Source: a virus (Duplodnaviria > Caudoviricetes). Taken from it: DNA of 55,719 nt. Both the position numbers and the translations under genes were made by a program. The stretch's first letter is position 1, and each line of letters begins with the position of its first letter. Under the pieces are notes generated by a model. That model worked only from the letters and a program-made list of their open reading frames with translations, ran no database searches and had not been told where the DNA came from. This document shows, piece by piece, positions 34,299-44,078 of this stretch. The stretch is taken from positions 1-55,719 of the IMG/VR virus record IMGVR_UViG_3300042402_000298. One strand, written 5' to 3'.

Positions 34299-35254
34299 GC
34301 GTTGCCTTTCAATGCTGCGATTTCTGCTGCTTGTGCGTCGACTTTGGCGTTGAGTTCTTGGATAGCTGCTGTCAGGGTTGCGACTAAAAAGCTAGTATCA
34401 ACTCCTTGATAAACAGGATTGCCGTTTTCATCTATCGCATCTTTTTCACCTGTTACCGCTATAGGCAATATTGCTTGCAATTCATGCGCGACAAAACCTT
34501 CACATTCTGGTTGTGTGCCACCATATCCTTCTTTCCACGTCCACGTTACAGGGCGAAGTTTTGATACACGATTAAGAGCGTTGTTCAAAGGTTGAACATT
34601 ATCTTTTAAGCGGTAATCAGATGTTCCGTTATATGAAGTAGTAGCGCCATTGGAAGCAATATTTCCAGCAGTAACCCTTGCAGACCCATTATCAGTGTAA
34701 AAAGTTATATGAATACCAGAAGTAACGCTGATACCAAAATCGCTTGCTCCGCCTGCGCTTCTTGTAAGAATGCCACCAGCATTTTTAATGTTAGTGCCAT
34801 TTACACGGTTAAATGTTGGGTCTGTATTTGTTGTCCCCACCAGCAAATCACCACCGCTGGTGATACGGGCGCGTTCGGTGTTGTTGGTTGCAAATGCGGT
34901 AAACCCATTAAGACGGTTAAATAGGTAAGCATCAGTACCCACAGTAGTAAGTGAGAAACCATCGCTTGTTCCATCTGTTGCACTTGTGGATTGGACAATA
35001 AGTTCAGCGCCGTTTGCATTACCACGCAAAACCAAACCACGTCGACTTGATGCAGCTGTTGGCGAAGTCGTACCAACCCCCACGTTCTGCGCCGAGTTCA
35101 CCCGCAACGCTTCCGTACCACCTGTACCAATAGCTACCGTATCCGCAGCAGGGTAGAAGATGCCCGTGTTGCTGTCTGTGCCTTCATAGGACGGGTTGGA
35201 CGCAGTACCATCTACGCCAGAGATTCCCGTTGTGCCATCGATGACAATGGTCAT
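34295..35254 (-). CDS. Tail fibre with C-terminal intramolecular chaperone (peptidase S74)
   Basis: TSDYRLK..GFVAHELQ..LTAAIQEL. Confidence 0.85.
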   Translation of the reverse strand: MTIVIDGTTGISGVDGTASNPSYEGTDSNTGIFYPAADTVAIGTGGTEALRVNSAQNVGVGTTSPTAASSRRGLVLRGNANGAELIVQSTSATDGTSDGFSLTTVGTDAYLFNRLNGFTAFATNNTERARITSGGDLLVGTTNTDPTFNRVNGTNIKNAGGILTRSAGGASDFGISVTSGIHITFYTDNGSARVTAGNIASNGATTSYNGTSDYRLKDNVQPLNNALNRVSKLRPVTWTWKEGYGGTQPECEGFVAHELQAILPIAVTGEKDAIDENGNPVYQGVDTSFLVATLTAAIQELNAKVDAQAAEIAALKGNA

Positions 35255-35255
35255 G

Positions 35256-35507
35256 TCAAACTCCTAACTGATTAGCTTCTTGCGCTGCTTGATATGCCGA
35301 TACTGTTTCCGGTGTCCACGCTACATTGCAGATCGCTACCACGTTAGCGGGTTGACCTTCTAAGTCTTGCCCCGGTGTCAGAGAAGTCCTGTGATACGTC
35401 TGTGTCAGTACCTTGCCATCTTCAATGATGCGAGTAGCTTCGCGGTACAGCACGATGCCGTTCTCGACTACGGTGATTTGATCCACAACGGTTTCTTTGG
35501 TAATCAT
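35256..35507 (-). CDS. Small tail-fibre-associated protein
   Basis: 83 aa directly after a fibre gene. Confidence 0.7.
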   Translation of the reverse strand: MITKETVVDQITVVENGIVLYREATRIIEDGKVLTQTYHRTSLTPGQDLEGQPANVVAICNVAWTPETVSAYQAAQEANQLGV

Positions 35508-35546
35508 GTTTATTCCTTTCCGTCTACGCTAGTCCGGCGTAGATAA

Positions 35547-36290
35547 TTAGTCTGTGATATAGCAAGCTGTAAAGTAAATGTCTGGAGTAGCTGAATTCAA
35601 ATCAGTTCCATTAAAACCATTACCATCTGTCTTGTAAAAATAAATATTAATATCATTAATCCCCATATACAAAAGCGGCATATTCGTTGTTGTTGAATTT
35701 ATTACACTACTAGCAACATATGAAAATGTACCTGCACCATTTGGGGCGCCTGAACTTCTTACAGTAAAAGGCAAATTTCCTATTGTAAGAATGCTGCTGT
35801 TTCTTGTCCCGCTGCTTACAGTGAGTCGCGCAGTAACATAAACAAACCTACCAATTTTTGTATAACTCCCACCTTGATTACTGTATACAGGTGATGTGAA
35901 TCCAGAAGAAAAAGTTGCATTCCAATTACCTTCCTCATAGTCATCCAGCGTATTCGCATTAGACGATGCTGATTGCGTAGCAGGGAAGGTGATGCCTGTG
36001 CCGTTAGCCGATGTATCTCCACCCGATAAAACGACTGTGCCTGAAGAATTAATCCGTAAGGCTTCTGCTCCACCCTCTGCAAACGCTATCGTATCTGCTG
36101 CCGGGAAGAAAATACCTGTGTTGGTATCGCCTGATGTCGTAATACTCGGAGCCGCTGCTGTTCCTGCTTGTACCGTCGTAGGGCTAGTCACAAACGTCGC
36201 AGCACCACCTGATGTCAGCGTAATAACGTCTGTGCCGCCTACCTGAATAGCTGCGCTTCCGTCTGGATTTGCCTTCAGCCCCGTTGACAT
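35547..36290 (-). CDS. Tail fibre / receptor-binding protein
   Basis: NTGIFFPAADTIA and ANTLDDYEEG motifs; start revised to 36290. Confidence 0.75.
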   Translation of the reverse strand: MSTGLKANPDGSAAIQVGGTDVITLTSGGAATFVTSPTTVQAGTAAAPSITTSGDTNTGIFFPAADTIAFAEGGAEALRINSSGTVVLSGGDTSANGTGITFPATQSASSNANTLDDYEEGNWNATFSSGFTSPVYSNQGGSYTKIGRFVYVTARLTVSSGTRNSSILTIGNLPFTVRSSGAPNGAGTFSYVASSVINSTTTNMPLLYMGINDINIYFYKTDGNGFNGTDLNSATPDIYFTACYITD

Positions 36291-36303
36291 TATGCTTCTC
36301 CTA

Positions 36304-36429
36304 TTACTTAAATAATCCAAGACAAGTACCGACGATCAGGAACCCAATCGTCATACCTGAACCAACAACAAAAACAGCGAGTAAAAAACCAAGTACCTGA
36401 GGTACAAGAAGGTTAATTACCGATTTCAT
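36304..36429 (-). CDS. 41-aa hydrophobic peptide (MKSVINLLVPQVLGFLLAVFVVGSG...), not in ORF track
   Basis: ATGA-coupled; SD AAGGAG. Confidence 0.55.
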   Translation of the reverse strand: MKSVINLLVPQVLGFLLAVFVVGSGMTIGFLIVGTCLGLFK

Positions 36430-36590
36430 GCTTCTCCTTCATCTGGTGGCAATGGTTCGTTGCCCATCTCAATCCAAGCCTTAAACTCTGGATAGTCTGC
36501 GGTGCAAGTCAAACGGCATAGACCGTCATCATCAATACGAGCGTAGATGGTTTGACCATCCATATTGGTTGTCAGTATTTTGAACATCAT
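36426..36590 (-). CDS. 54-aa tail-fibre-associated protein, not in ORF track
   Basis: ATGA overlap; DYPEFKAWIEMGNEPLPPD chaperone-like tail. Confidence 0.7.
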   Translation of the reverse strand: MMFKILTTNMDGQTIYARIDDDGLCRLTCTADYPEFKAWIEMGNEPLPPDEGEA

Positions 36591-37786
36591 AGTTCTGCGC
36601 TCCATGCGAGATACGCACTAGTAGTTTCAGATTGCCCTTGCGACCCTTGACCAGCAGTTAATCCAGACGCAACAGTAAAGATTGATGCCGAACCGAATTG
36701 ACTTGCTCTATTAAAAGTAGGAACAGACGAACAAGTTGCTACTGTTGCTAAGTAAGCTATTCTGTAATGCCCCGCTGTACCAGATTGCTCTAACGCACTT
36801 GGGTTTGTCCTCATTGGCACTTGGAATGGAACGTGTACCAATGCTTGTGTTGTACTTATATTAAAGCTAGACCCAAACGGATCACCACCTGTTTGACTAG
36901 TAATCTTGAAATAATATCTTTGGCATAACTGCAACTCCGTACCATACGGTCTGTAATCAAAGCTCGTCGCTGTGCTGCCTTTTTCTAGTTGTACGCCGGT
37001 GATGTAGAAGGTTGCGCCGTTGGTTCCAACGAGTGAAGTCTGTCCAGTCACTCCTAACTTTGTGGAACCTATCCATGCGTTAGCAGTTCCACCGTAAGTT
37101 GATCCTGTACCCAAACAAAAATAAACAGTTATGCCTATACCGTTGTCTGTCAGCCAAGTGCCGGTTGTGTCACCTGCAATCGTGACTGTTTTTTGCTCCC
37201 AAGTGTTTGCGCTGTTAATGGTGTAGCTAAATGGGTAGCAGCGATTTGCCGCACTGTTGTACAGCGAACCACCGAATGCCCCAGTCAAAGATGAGCGAAC
37301 CCAAAAAGAAACTGTGACAGTTGAAGCTGATGCTGTACCAAATCCTAAATCGGCAGTATTAAATCCTTCTATTCTTTGCACCACCCCAAACACATCACCA
37401 CTAGTAATTGAATATGCAGACGACGATGTCACCAGAAGTGAATTTGTAAAACCAGTTGGCGCAACAGTTGACTGCTGAATCGTGGCTCTTGAAGTTTGAG
37501 TTGCGTTGTACCAAAAACGATCTAGTGTGTATGCGCCGTTTGCAGGAGTAACACTCGCCCCAGCATTACGCTGATCAATCACCATCGCACCGTTGATGAT
37601 GCGGTTCTTAAAGCCAAACGTATTCGGTAAATTAGCAGCCTGAGCAAAGGTGACGTTCTGACCTGTACTTACCGTCATCGCAGTCGTACCCGACCCTGTA
37701 CCAGATTTTAGTTCCAGTATCCCGGTGTTGTCGCTGCTAATCGCAGCACCGTTCGTCGCATTACCCGCTGTTATCGTCGTTGCCAT
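36587..37786 (-). CDS. Tail fibre with carbohydrate-binding-like jelly-roll domain
   Basis: FKNRIING..QR..LDRF..VTVSFWVRSS..TGVQLE..ELQLCQRYY. Confidence 0.8.
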   Translation of the reverse strand: MATTITAGNATNGAAISSDNTGILELKSGTGSGTTAMTVSTGQNVTFAQAANLPNTFGFKNRIINGAMVIDQRNAGASVTPANGAYTLDRFWYNATQTSRATIQQSTVAPTGFTNSLLVTSSSAYSITSGDVFGVVQRIEGFNTADLGFGTASASTVTVSFWVRSSLTGAFGGSLYNSAANRCYPFSYTINSANTWEQKTVTIAGDTTGTWLTDNGIGITVYFCLGTGSTYGGTANAWIGSTKLGVTGQTSLVGTNGATFYITGVQLEKGSTATSFDYRPYGTELQLCQRYYFKITSQTGGDPFGSSFNISTTQALVHVPFQVPMRTNPSALEQSGTAGHYRIAYLATVATCSSVPTFNRASQFGSASIFTVASGLTAGQGSQGQSETTSAYLAWSAEL

Positions 37787-37795
37787 GTTCTATCC

Positions 37796-38710
37796 TTACA
37801 CTACAGTCCAACGTGAGCCATCAGATACCGTTACCGTGACACCGTTGGCAATCGTAATAACACCCGCAGACATCGCGTTATCGCCTGTTGCTACCGTGTA
37901 ACTCGTATTGACGGTCGCGCTGTTTACGAAAATGCCGTTCGACGCTCTCGGTACACTCGCACTCAACTCCCCCGTAGAAGGCTTGTAGAGCAACTTAGCG
38001 TTACTCGTATATAAGTTCTCAGCCGTACCGCTTGTCGCCCCAGCAAAGACCGGATACAGGTTACTCGCCGTACTCGTATCGTTGCTGAGTGCCGAGCCAC
38101 CAATCGACTTCCACGCTGGGGAAGAACCGCTGTAACCCTCAAACTGGTTCGTCGTGGTGTTGTACCGCATCATGCCCGTTGCAGGGCTTCCCGGCTGCTG
38201 TAACGTCGTACCCTTGCTAATCAGCAAAGCGCCCGTTGACGTAAAGGACGAATCAGCCGACGCGGTTAGCGTAGTAAACGCACCAGTATTTGCAACCGTT
38301 CCGCCAATCGGTGGGGGCGATGCAAAGTAGTTAGTAAAGCCGGTGCCAGATACCGTCGAACTCGCAGCTAATGTCGTGAATGAGCCTGTGCTTGGAGTTG
38401 TCGCGCCCACTGTTCCATTCAACGGGCCTGAAAAGCCCGTAGAGGTCAGTATCGTGCCGTTCCATGTCAGGTTCGCCGACCCACCTAGAGCGCCGTTATT
38501 GTTGAACTGAACTTGCGTGTTCGATCCACCAATAGAACCGGTGCCCTTGGTAGCTAGTACCTGTACCGCGCCAAGATTGTCTTTGTAAAACAACTTGCCA
38601 TCGGTAATGTTGATCGCCAACTCGCCATTTACCAGATTCCCGGCTGTGGGAGCGGCAGCAGCGGTTGTGCTGTAATACAGCGAAAGCGGCGTAAATCCGG
38701 TCTGCGCCAT
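37796..38710 (-). CDS. Tail fibre / adaptor with Mtd-N-like N-terminus
   Basis: GELAINITDGKLFYKD; GMMRYNTTTNQFEGY. Confidence 0.75.
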   Translation of the reverse strand: MAQTGFTPLSLYYSTTAAAAPTAGNLVNGELAINITDGKLFYKDNLGAVQVLATKGTGSIGGSNTQVQFNNNGALGGSANLTWNGTILTSTGFSGPLNGTVGATTPSTGSFTTLAASSTVSGTGFTNYFASPPPIGGTVANTGAFTTLTASADSSFTSTGALLISKGTTLQQPGSPATGMMRYNTTTNQFEGYSGSSPAWKSIGGSALSNDTSTASNLYPVFAGATSGTAENLYTSNAKLLYKPSTGELSASVPRASNGIFVNSATVNTSYTVATGDNAMSAGVITIANGVTVTVSDGSRWTVV

Positions 38711-41700
38711 TAGAAGGTACCTCCAAATATGCCGGTAGTTGCTACCACCGTTCCGGCAGTCAGCGTGTTAGTAGAAGGATTGTAAGTAAGATCGCTGTCT
38801 ACGGAAATACCTAAATTTCCAGTAGTTGCACTGACGAAAGCTGGGTAAAAAGAAGCGTTCGTCGATACCGCAGTTACAGTGACATTCGCCGCCGTTCCTA
38901 CAGACAACGTAGACTGATCAACATACTGCGGTGCCGAACCTGTGGAAGTCAACACCTGTCCGGTAGTCCCTATCGCCAGCTTTGATAGCGAGGTGCCTGT
39001 AACGTAGTACAGCAGATCCCCTGCCGCATAGCTCGTCAGCCCTGTGCCGCCATAGGTGGTCGTTATAGCCGTGCCGTTCCATACGCCCGTCGTAATCGTG
39101 CCGGTCGTAGTCAGGCTCGTAGAGCCCGCCAGAGGGCTTGCGCCAACCGTGTTGTAGCTGATGGTGTAAGCAACCGACCCATTAAAGGCAGTGCCCGACG
39201 CAGCCCCAGCACCCGAATTATCGAAAGTTACGGAATTCGTCGTATTGGCAGTGACCGTCACACTACCGCCCAAGCTCACCGCACTACCATTAATCGTGAT
39301 GCTGGAGTTCGCCAAATAATTATTGGCAATCGGCGTGGCGTTCCAAGTACCAGCCGTCAGCGTACCAACCCCAGTGATCCCAGTATATGAGCCACTGATA
39401 TAGCTCGATCCCACCGTACCCGAGGTGATCTGATTGCCGTCGATAGCAATCGGCACCGTCGCGGCGGTCGTTAACTGCCCTTGGGCGTTGACTGTAAAGG
39501 TACCTACTGCCGAAGACGAACCATAAGCCGCCGCAGCCACCCCAGTATTGGTAATACTGAACTGATTACCAGAAAGAGTTAGCCCAGTACCCGCCGTATA
39601 AGTTCCAGCCCCAGAGAACTGCTGCCAGATGATTGCATCAGTACCTATGACTGCGACCGGCTGAGTCTGCACCCATCCCGTATTGGCATACAGACTGCCA
39701 TTAGAGATGAACGTAAAGTCTCCGCTGGCAATCTCAATCGCAGTATCAAAGTCCGTCGCCCGAGTCAGTACCGTTCCACCAGTTGCCCAAGTGTAAATAC
39801 CGTTGTTTGCCTGCGTGGCTTCGTTCTTGACCAGAATCCGGTCAGTCGGCTGCAGGGTATAGCCATCAAGAATCGTCAGCGGGTTTGACAAAGTCAGCGT
39901 AGCGCCTACCCCTGCCGTGCCGTTGTTGTAGGTAACCGTACCTCCGGTAATCGACGCCAGAGTCCCTGTGGTCGCTGCCGCGCAAGATGCATGGACATGC
40001 AAACCCTCAGCTATAGCATCAACATATTGCTTAGTAGCCAACTGCAAGGCCGAAGTCGGGTCTTGCGTCACCGCAACCGAAGTCAGACCACCCAAAGTCG
40101 CTGTCGAACCGCCTAAAGAGATAGCAGTGGTGCCAATCGTTATCGAAGAGTTATCGAGCGCAACATTCGGGATGTTGGTTAATGTGTTTGTGGCGCCAGA
40201 GATCGACTTGTTTGTCAGCGTCTGAGTGCCAGTAAGAGTCGCGACCGTAGAATCAATCGCAATCGTGACAGCGGTCGAGCCGTTAAAGCTCGTACCGCTT
40301 AGCCCCGTGCCAATCGTCAGCGCATTCGGGGTAGCAGCGGTGATCGTCCCCGACGCACCCAAAGCCACCGTCTGACCGTTGAACGTGACCGCCGAGTTAT
40401 CCAACGAGCTATTCGGGATGTTCGACAGGGTGTTTTGGTTACCGGCAATCGTCTTGTTCGTCAGCGATTGAGTGCCCGACAAAGTAACCACCGACGAATC
40501 AATCGCAATAGTGACTGCAGAAGATCCGTTATATGAGCCGCCAGATAAACCTGTACCGATGGTCAGCGCATTAGGCGCCGCAGCAGTAATCGTAACTGTC
40601 CCACCAAGGCTGACATTGCTGCCATTAATTGTGATCGAGCTATTGGCAAGCTGAGCGTTCGAGATCGTGCCCGATAGGTCTGTCGTCGGGATAGTCGCCG
40701 AGGCAGTCATCGGCAGGATGCCGTTGCCAATGACATACCCAGTCAGGGTTGTGGCGCCTGTACCGCCGCTGGCGACGTTTAAAGTGCCCCCGAGGGTAAT
40801 CGTTCCCGAAGTGGTAACCGGGCCACCGGAAGTGGTCAGGCCAGTCGAACCACCCGACACATCTATCGACGTAACCGATCCAACACCAGCCAGCGCCCAG
40901 TAGGTTGTCGAACCATCGGTCGCCAAGACACGCCCCGAGTTCCCAGTCTGGGTCGGCAACAGATTCGTCAGCGCCCCGTTGGGTGTACTTGCCCCTGTAC
41001 CGCCCCTAACAACAGTGACTTGCCCATTTGTAATCTGGGAAGCATCTATCGCAATCGCCTGCTCAGACAGGCTAGAAAGCCGCCCCTGAGCGTCTACCGT
41101 GGCACTAAGGCTCTTATTAGCTGCGCCATAACTAGCCGCCACGACGCCTGTATTCGTTAGGCTCAATGTCGGGCTACCGGCGCTGGCGTCTCCATTGACG
41201 ACCGTAATCTGCCCTGCCGTTCCAACAATGTTTCTGCCGGCGACCGTCGAGCCTCCGACGATGGCAATCAGACCGGTGCCCGAGAAGCCCGCAAATTGGG
41301 CCGCTAAGCCGCTTAAAGCAATAACAGGGTTACCAGATACCCCATCGCCATCCGTGATCTGTAAACCGGCCCCAGTGACCTGTATTGCCCTCGCTGTGAC
41401 CGTGGAGCCACCTGTCTTGACAGCGAACCCCGTACCGGCGGCATTCAGGCTTGCAGCCGCCCCAGTCAAAGAGATTGTCAACGCAGATTGAGCCCCGCCA
41501 TCAGTCAGCGCAATCCCAGAACTGCCCGACAAAGAACGGCTATTAGGTAAAGTGGGCTCCTGAACTAAAGTCAGGAACGTCTGCTGCTGAGAAGGCGAGC
41601 CAGCTACCGCGGCTGTGGTGGTGCGAACAGTAATGCCGCCCTGAACGACGGGGACAAGCTCCGTACCGGTTAACGGTAAGGCGGCTGGCAGATCGGTAAT

Positions 41701-41715
41701 CTGTACGTTTGGCAT
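38710..41715 (-). CDS. Long tail fibre protein with internal repeats
   Basis: 1001 aa G/T/S-rich; ATKQYVD..RILVKNE..NGIY; 82-aa repeats. Confidence 0.85.
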   Translation of the reverse strand: MPNVQITDLPAALPLTGTELVPVVQGGITVRTTTAAVAGSPSQQQTFLTLVQEPTLPNSRSLSGSSGIALTDGGAQSALTISLTGAAASLNAAGTGFAVKTGGSTVTARAIQVTGAGLQITDGDGVSGNPVIALSGLAAQFAGFSGTGLIAIVGGSTVAGRNIVGTAGQITVVNGDASAGSPTLSLTNTGVVAASYGAANKSLSATVDAQGRLSSLSEQAIAIDASQITNGQVTVVRGGTGASTPNGALTNLLPTQTGNSGRVLATDGSTTYWALAGVGSVTSIDVSGGSTGLTTSGGPVTTSGTITLGGTLNVASGGTGATTLTGYVIGNGILPMTASATIPTTDLSGTISNAQLANSSITINGSNVSLGGTVTITAAAPNALTIGTGLSGGSYNGSSAVTIAIDSSVVTLSGTQSLTNKTIAGNQNTLSNIPNSSLDNSAVTFNGQTVALGASGTITAATPNALTIGTGLSGTSFNGSTAVTIAIDSTVATLTGTQTLTNKSISGATNTLTNIPNVALDNSSITIGTTAISLGGSTATLGGLTSVAVTQDPTSALQLATKQYVDAIAEGLHVHASCAAATTGTLASITGGTVTYNNGTAGVGATLTLSNPLTILDGYTLQPTDRILVKNEATQANNGIYTWATGGTVLTRATDFDTAIEIASGDFTFISNGSLYANTGWVQTQPVAVIGTDAIIWQQFSGAGTYTAGTGLTLSGNQFSITNTGVAAAAYGSSSAVGTFTVNAQGQLTTAATVPIAIDGNQITSGTVGSSYISGSYTGITGVGTLTAGTWNATPIANNYLANSSITINGSAVSLGGSVTVTANTTNSVTFDNSGAGAASGTAFNGSVAYTISYNTVGASPLAGSTSLTTTGTITTGVWNGTAITTTYGGTGLTSYAAGDLLYYVTGTSLSKLAIGTTGQVLTSTGSAPQYVDQSTLSVGTAANVTVTAVSTNASFYPAFVSATTGNLGISVDSDLTYNPSTNTLTAGTVVATTGIFGGTF

Positions 41716-42072
41716 TTACTCTGGCGAAGGTGTGACCTGCAGACCATCAAGGTTGCCGTCGTTGTTGTTAGCCTGCGGGTCTAAGTTCTGCTGAGCAGAA
41801 ATCACAAACCCACCGTATCCACCTGTGTCTAAACCGTTTGGATTCACCGCCACACTGACATCAGGACGCGGAAACCGCAACGCAATCCGCTCAGTCTTTC
41901 GTGCAGGCAAGCGATACGGGTCAAACTGATCCTTACACCCCTGCTCACAGACCATCAAACCCGGAAAGTTCGGGTCTTTGGATAGCTCAGCATGAGGGCG
42001 CTTCATCTTGCACCGATCGCATACCGCGATGGCGATGTCTGAATAGCCACGGGTGTCGAGAAAGATCGGCAT
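41716..42072 (-). CDS. Conserved Zn-finger structural-module protein
   Basis: CDRC..VC..C.D..P..LRFPRPD. Confidence 0.7.
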   Translation of the reverse strand: MPIFLDTRGYSDIAIAVCDRCKMKRPHAELSKDPNFPGLMVCEQGCKDQFDPYRLPARKTERIALRFPRPDVSVAVNPNGLDTGGYGGFVISAQQNLDPQANNNDGNLDGLQVTPSPE

Positions 42073-43145
42073 TATCTTGTGTAAACGCTAATATTCGGGG
42101 ATAGATAGATCGGCGACTTATCGCGTTCTTCAGATTCAGCAAGATTTAGGTACTTCTCGGCCTGCATCTCGAGATACTGCACCCGAGCCAAGTCCACCCC
42201 CGGCAATTCCATCGCCATTTGGTGCGCCAGCATGTTCTGCACAGCCAAATACCAGCGGTCAGGGATCTCGAGCTGCCCATTCAGGGCGCCAACGTCCATC
42301 ACCTGACGCGAATACCAGACCACCATCTGCACAAATGGGTCGCTCGGCGCAGGCCAGAGCGTAATTTGAGGCCGCGGGATCGTCCGGTTGAACCAGAACT
42401 GGTACGGCTGATTGGCGGTGAAGTTTTTGTTCGGCAGCGAGACGTAATCGTCACGGTTTAGACGTGCCATCGGAACTTCGCGGCTCATGTTGCCAACGTA
42501 AAACTCTCGAACCTGCAGCGTATTGCCGCCAGTCTCACGCATCCGGTACCACTGCTGATTGGCACCCGGCTCAATCTGATACCAGAGCCACTCGTTATCA
42601 ACCCAAGTGGTTATTCCGGTGTCGTCAAGGAGCGTCCAGTTCGTGCCATCGCTGGAGACTTCCAAAAGGATATGAAAATCTCCTGACACGCCCGGAAGAA
42701 TACCAATAGAGCCAGCGTAAACAGGGTTGAAATCGCCATAATTGATCGAGAGGTTGCCGTTAGGGGTGGTTTGAACTGTCTTTGTCTCAACGTCGCTGTC
42801 AAAAGCATTCGCGACTTGACCGCCAGCCGATGAGAAATAGCCGCCCGTTGCGTTCGGGGTAGGCCGCTCCATCGTCCGATAGTTGGCATTCAAGACATCA
42901 ATCGAGCCAAGCGGCAGCTCGTAAATAAACTGCTCAGCCTTTAGACCAAAAACCTTCTGGCCTATCGCCCAATAGTTGATGCCAATGTTGGAAAGGTTGG
43001 ATAGCAGATAGAACAGCGACTGCTTCGATGCATAAATCTGCTCAGAAGTCAGCTCTTCAGCAAGTTTTCCAGACCTACGCGCTCCGTGATCAATCAGATC
43101 TTGAACGGAAACAACGGTGAGCCCTACAGTACCTGAGTACGCCAT
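42072..43145 (-). CDS. Head-tail joining protein with inserted discoidin-like domain
   Basis: Helical N/C parts flank AFD..LEVSSDGTNWT..WYRM. Confidence 0.65.
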   Translation of the reverse strand: MAYSGTVGLTVVSVQDLIDHGARRSGKLAEELTSEQIYASKQSLFYLLSNLSNIGINYWAIGQKVFGLKAEQFIYELPLGSIDVLNANYRTMERPTPNATGGYFSSAGGQVANAFDSDVETKTVQTTPNGNLSINYGDFNPVYAGSIGILPGVSGDFHILLEVSSDGTNWTLLDDTGITTWVDNEWLWYQIEPGANQQWYRMRETGGNTLQVREFYVGNMSREVPMARLNRDDYVSLPNKNFTANQPYQFWFNRTIPRPQITLWPAPSDPFVQMVVWYSRQVMDVGALNGQLEIPDRWYLAVQNMLAHQMAMELPGVDLARVQYLEMQAEKYLNLAESEERDKSPIYLSPNISVYTR

Positions 43146-43154
43146 TTGCTTTCC

Positions 43155-43517
43155 TTACCATTGAGATGCTTTTTTCGACCTCTGGTGCGTAGATACCTTG
43201 GACTTCGACATCTTCGCCTTGCCGCCCTTCTTAAAGCTCTCTAATTCAGATCTCATGCGCTCTCTAGGAGACGGGCGAGGCATCGTGCTTTTCTTCATCA
43301 TTGCAGGAAGACTATCTAAGTCTTCAGCACCCGGAGTCGGCTCAGCCCGCATTCTTCGTGGCGCCTGAGTTACTGCGTCATATTCTTCTTTGCTGACTTC
43401 TTGACCGCCAAGGTAATACTTACCGTCGACAATCTTGCCGACAGAAAGCTCAGGAACCGCCTCACCTCTAGCGCGACGCGCTTGAAGCTCTTTCACATAA
43501 TCACTCAAGTCAGCCAT
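43155..43517 (-). CDS. Hypothetical virion-module protein with FKKGG motif
   Basis: SD AAGGAG. Confidence 0.7.
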   Translation of the reverse strand: MADLSDYVKELQARRARGEAVPELSVGKIVDGKYYLGGQEVSKEEYDAVTQAPRRMRAEPTPGAEDLDSLPAMMKKSTMPRPSPRERMRSELESFKKGGKAKMSKSKVSTHQRSKKASQW

Positions 43518-43526
43518 ATCGTCTCC

Positions 43527-44078
43527 TTACCAGCCGGGGCAGTTCCAACGCTTCATCGAGGCTCTTGATCTCGAACCGCTGTCGCTCTTTTCCGCCACAG
43601 CCCCCATCCGCGCACAAAATGAATCCCTCCGCTTGCCACCTTCAGGCTGCGGAGCTTTTAAATTGCTGCCAGTCTCGCGGTTGTACTTCGCCCGGCCTTT
43701 AGCCGTTAAGCCAGCGCCCTGATCAGCAGATAGCTTCTCACCACGTCCAATAGCCAGACTGACGTTACCGCCTTTGGCTTTCTTGGCAGTCTTTGCAGAC
43801 TCACGGAAAGCAGATGCAGTCGGTGCGCCAGCCGATCCGGGCTTACGCATCTTCTCGCCACTACCCTCTGCAATACGCTCACGCTTGGCGTGAATGTTGG
43901 CGTACAAGCCGCCACCAGCCATCTTTTCTGGCAGCTTGCCGTAAGCCTTCTTGCCGACGTTCGACTGGGTGTATTCAGAGGCAACGTCTTCAGAGATGCC
44001 AACCTTCTTGGCAAACTTAGGGTTGTACTCTGCAGCCTTCATCAAACGAAATTGAGCTTTTGATTTAGCTGGCATCAC
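43527..44078 (-). CDS. Basic three-module protein with GG linkers
   Basis: MPAKSKAQFRLM / MAGGG / GLYANIHAKR / KAKGG / RRDSFCARM..RWNC. Confidence 0.75.
   Translation of the reverse strand: MMPAKSKAQFRLMKAAEYNPKFAKKVGISEDVASEYTQSNVGKKAYGKLPEKMAGGGLYANIHAKRERIAEGSGEKMRKPGSAGAPTASAFRESAKTAKKAKGGNVSLAIGRGEKLSADQGAGLTAKGRAKYNRETGSNLKAPQPEGGKRRDSFCARMGAVAEKSDSGSRSRASMKRWNCPGW

Noticed and set aside
36065-36085. FAEGG in the tail fibre as part of the xxxGG system
   Set aside because: Aligns with IGTGG in the paralogous fibre as a beta-turn; likely coincidental
37796-38710. Diversity-generating retroelement suggested by the Mtd-like N-terminus
   Set aside because: No reverse transcriptase and no template/variable repeat pair differing at adenines was seen
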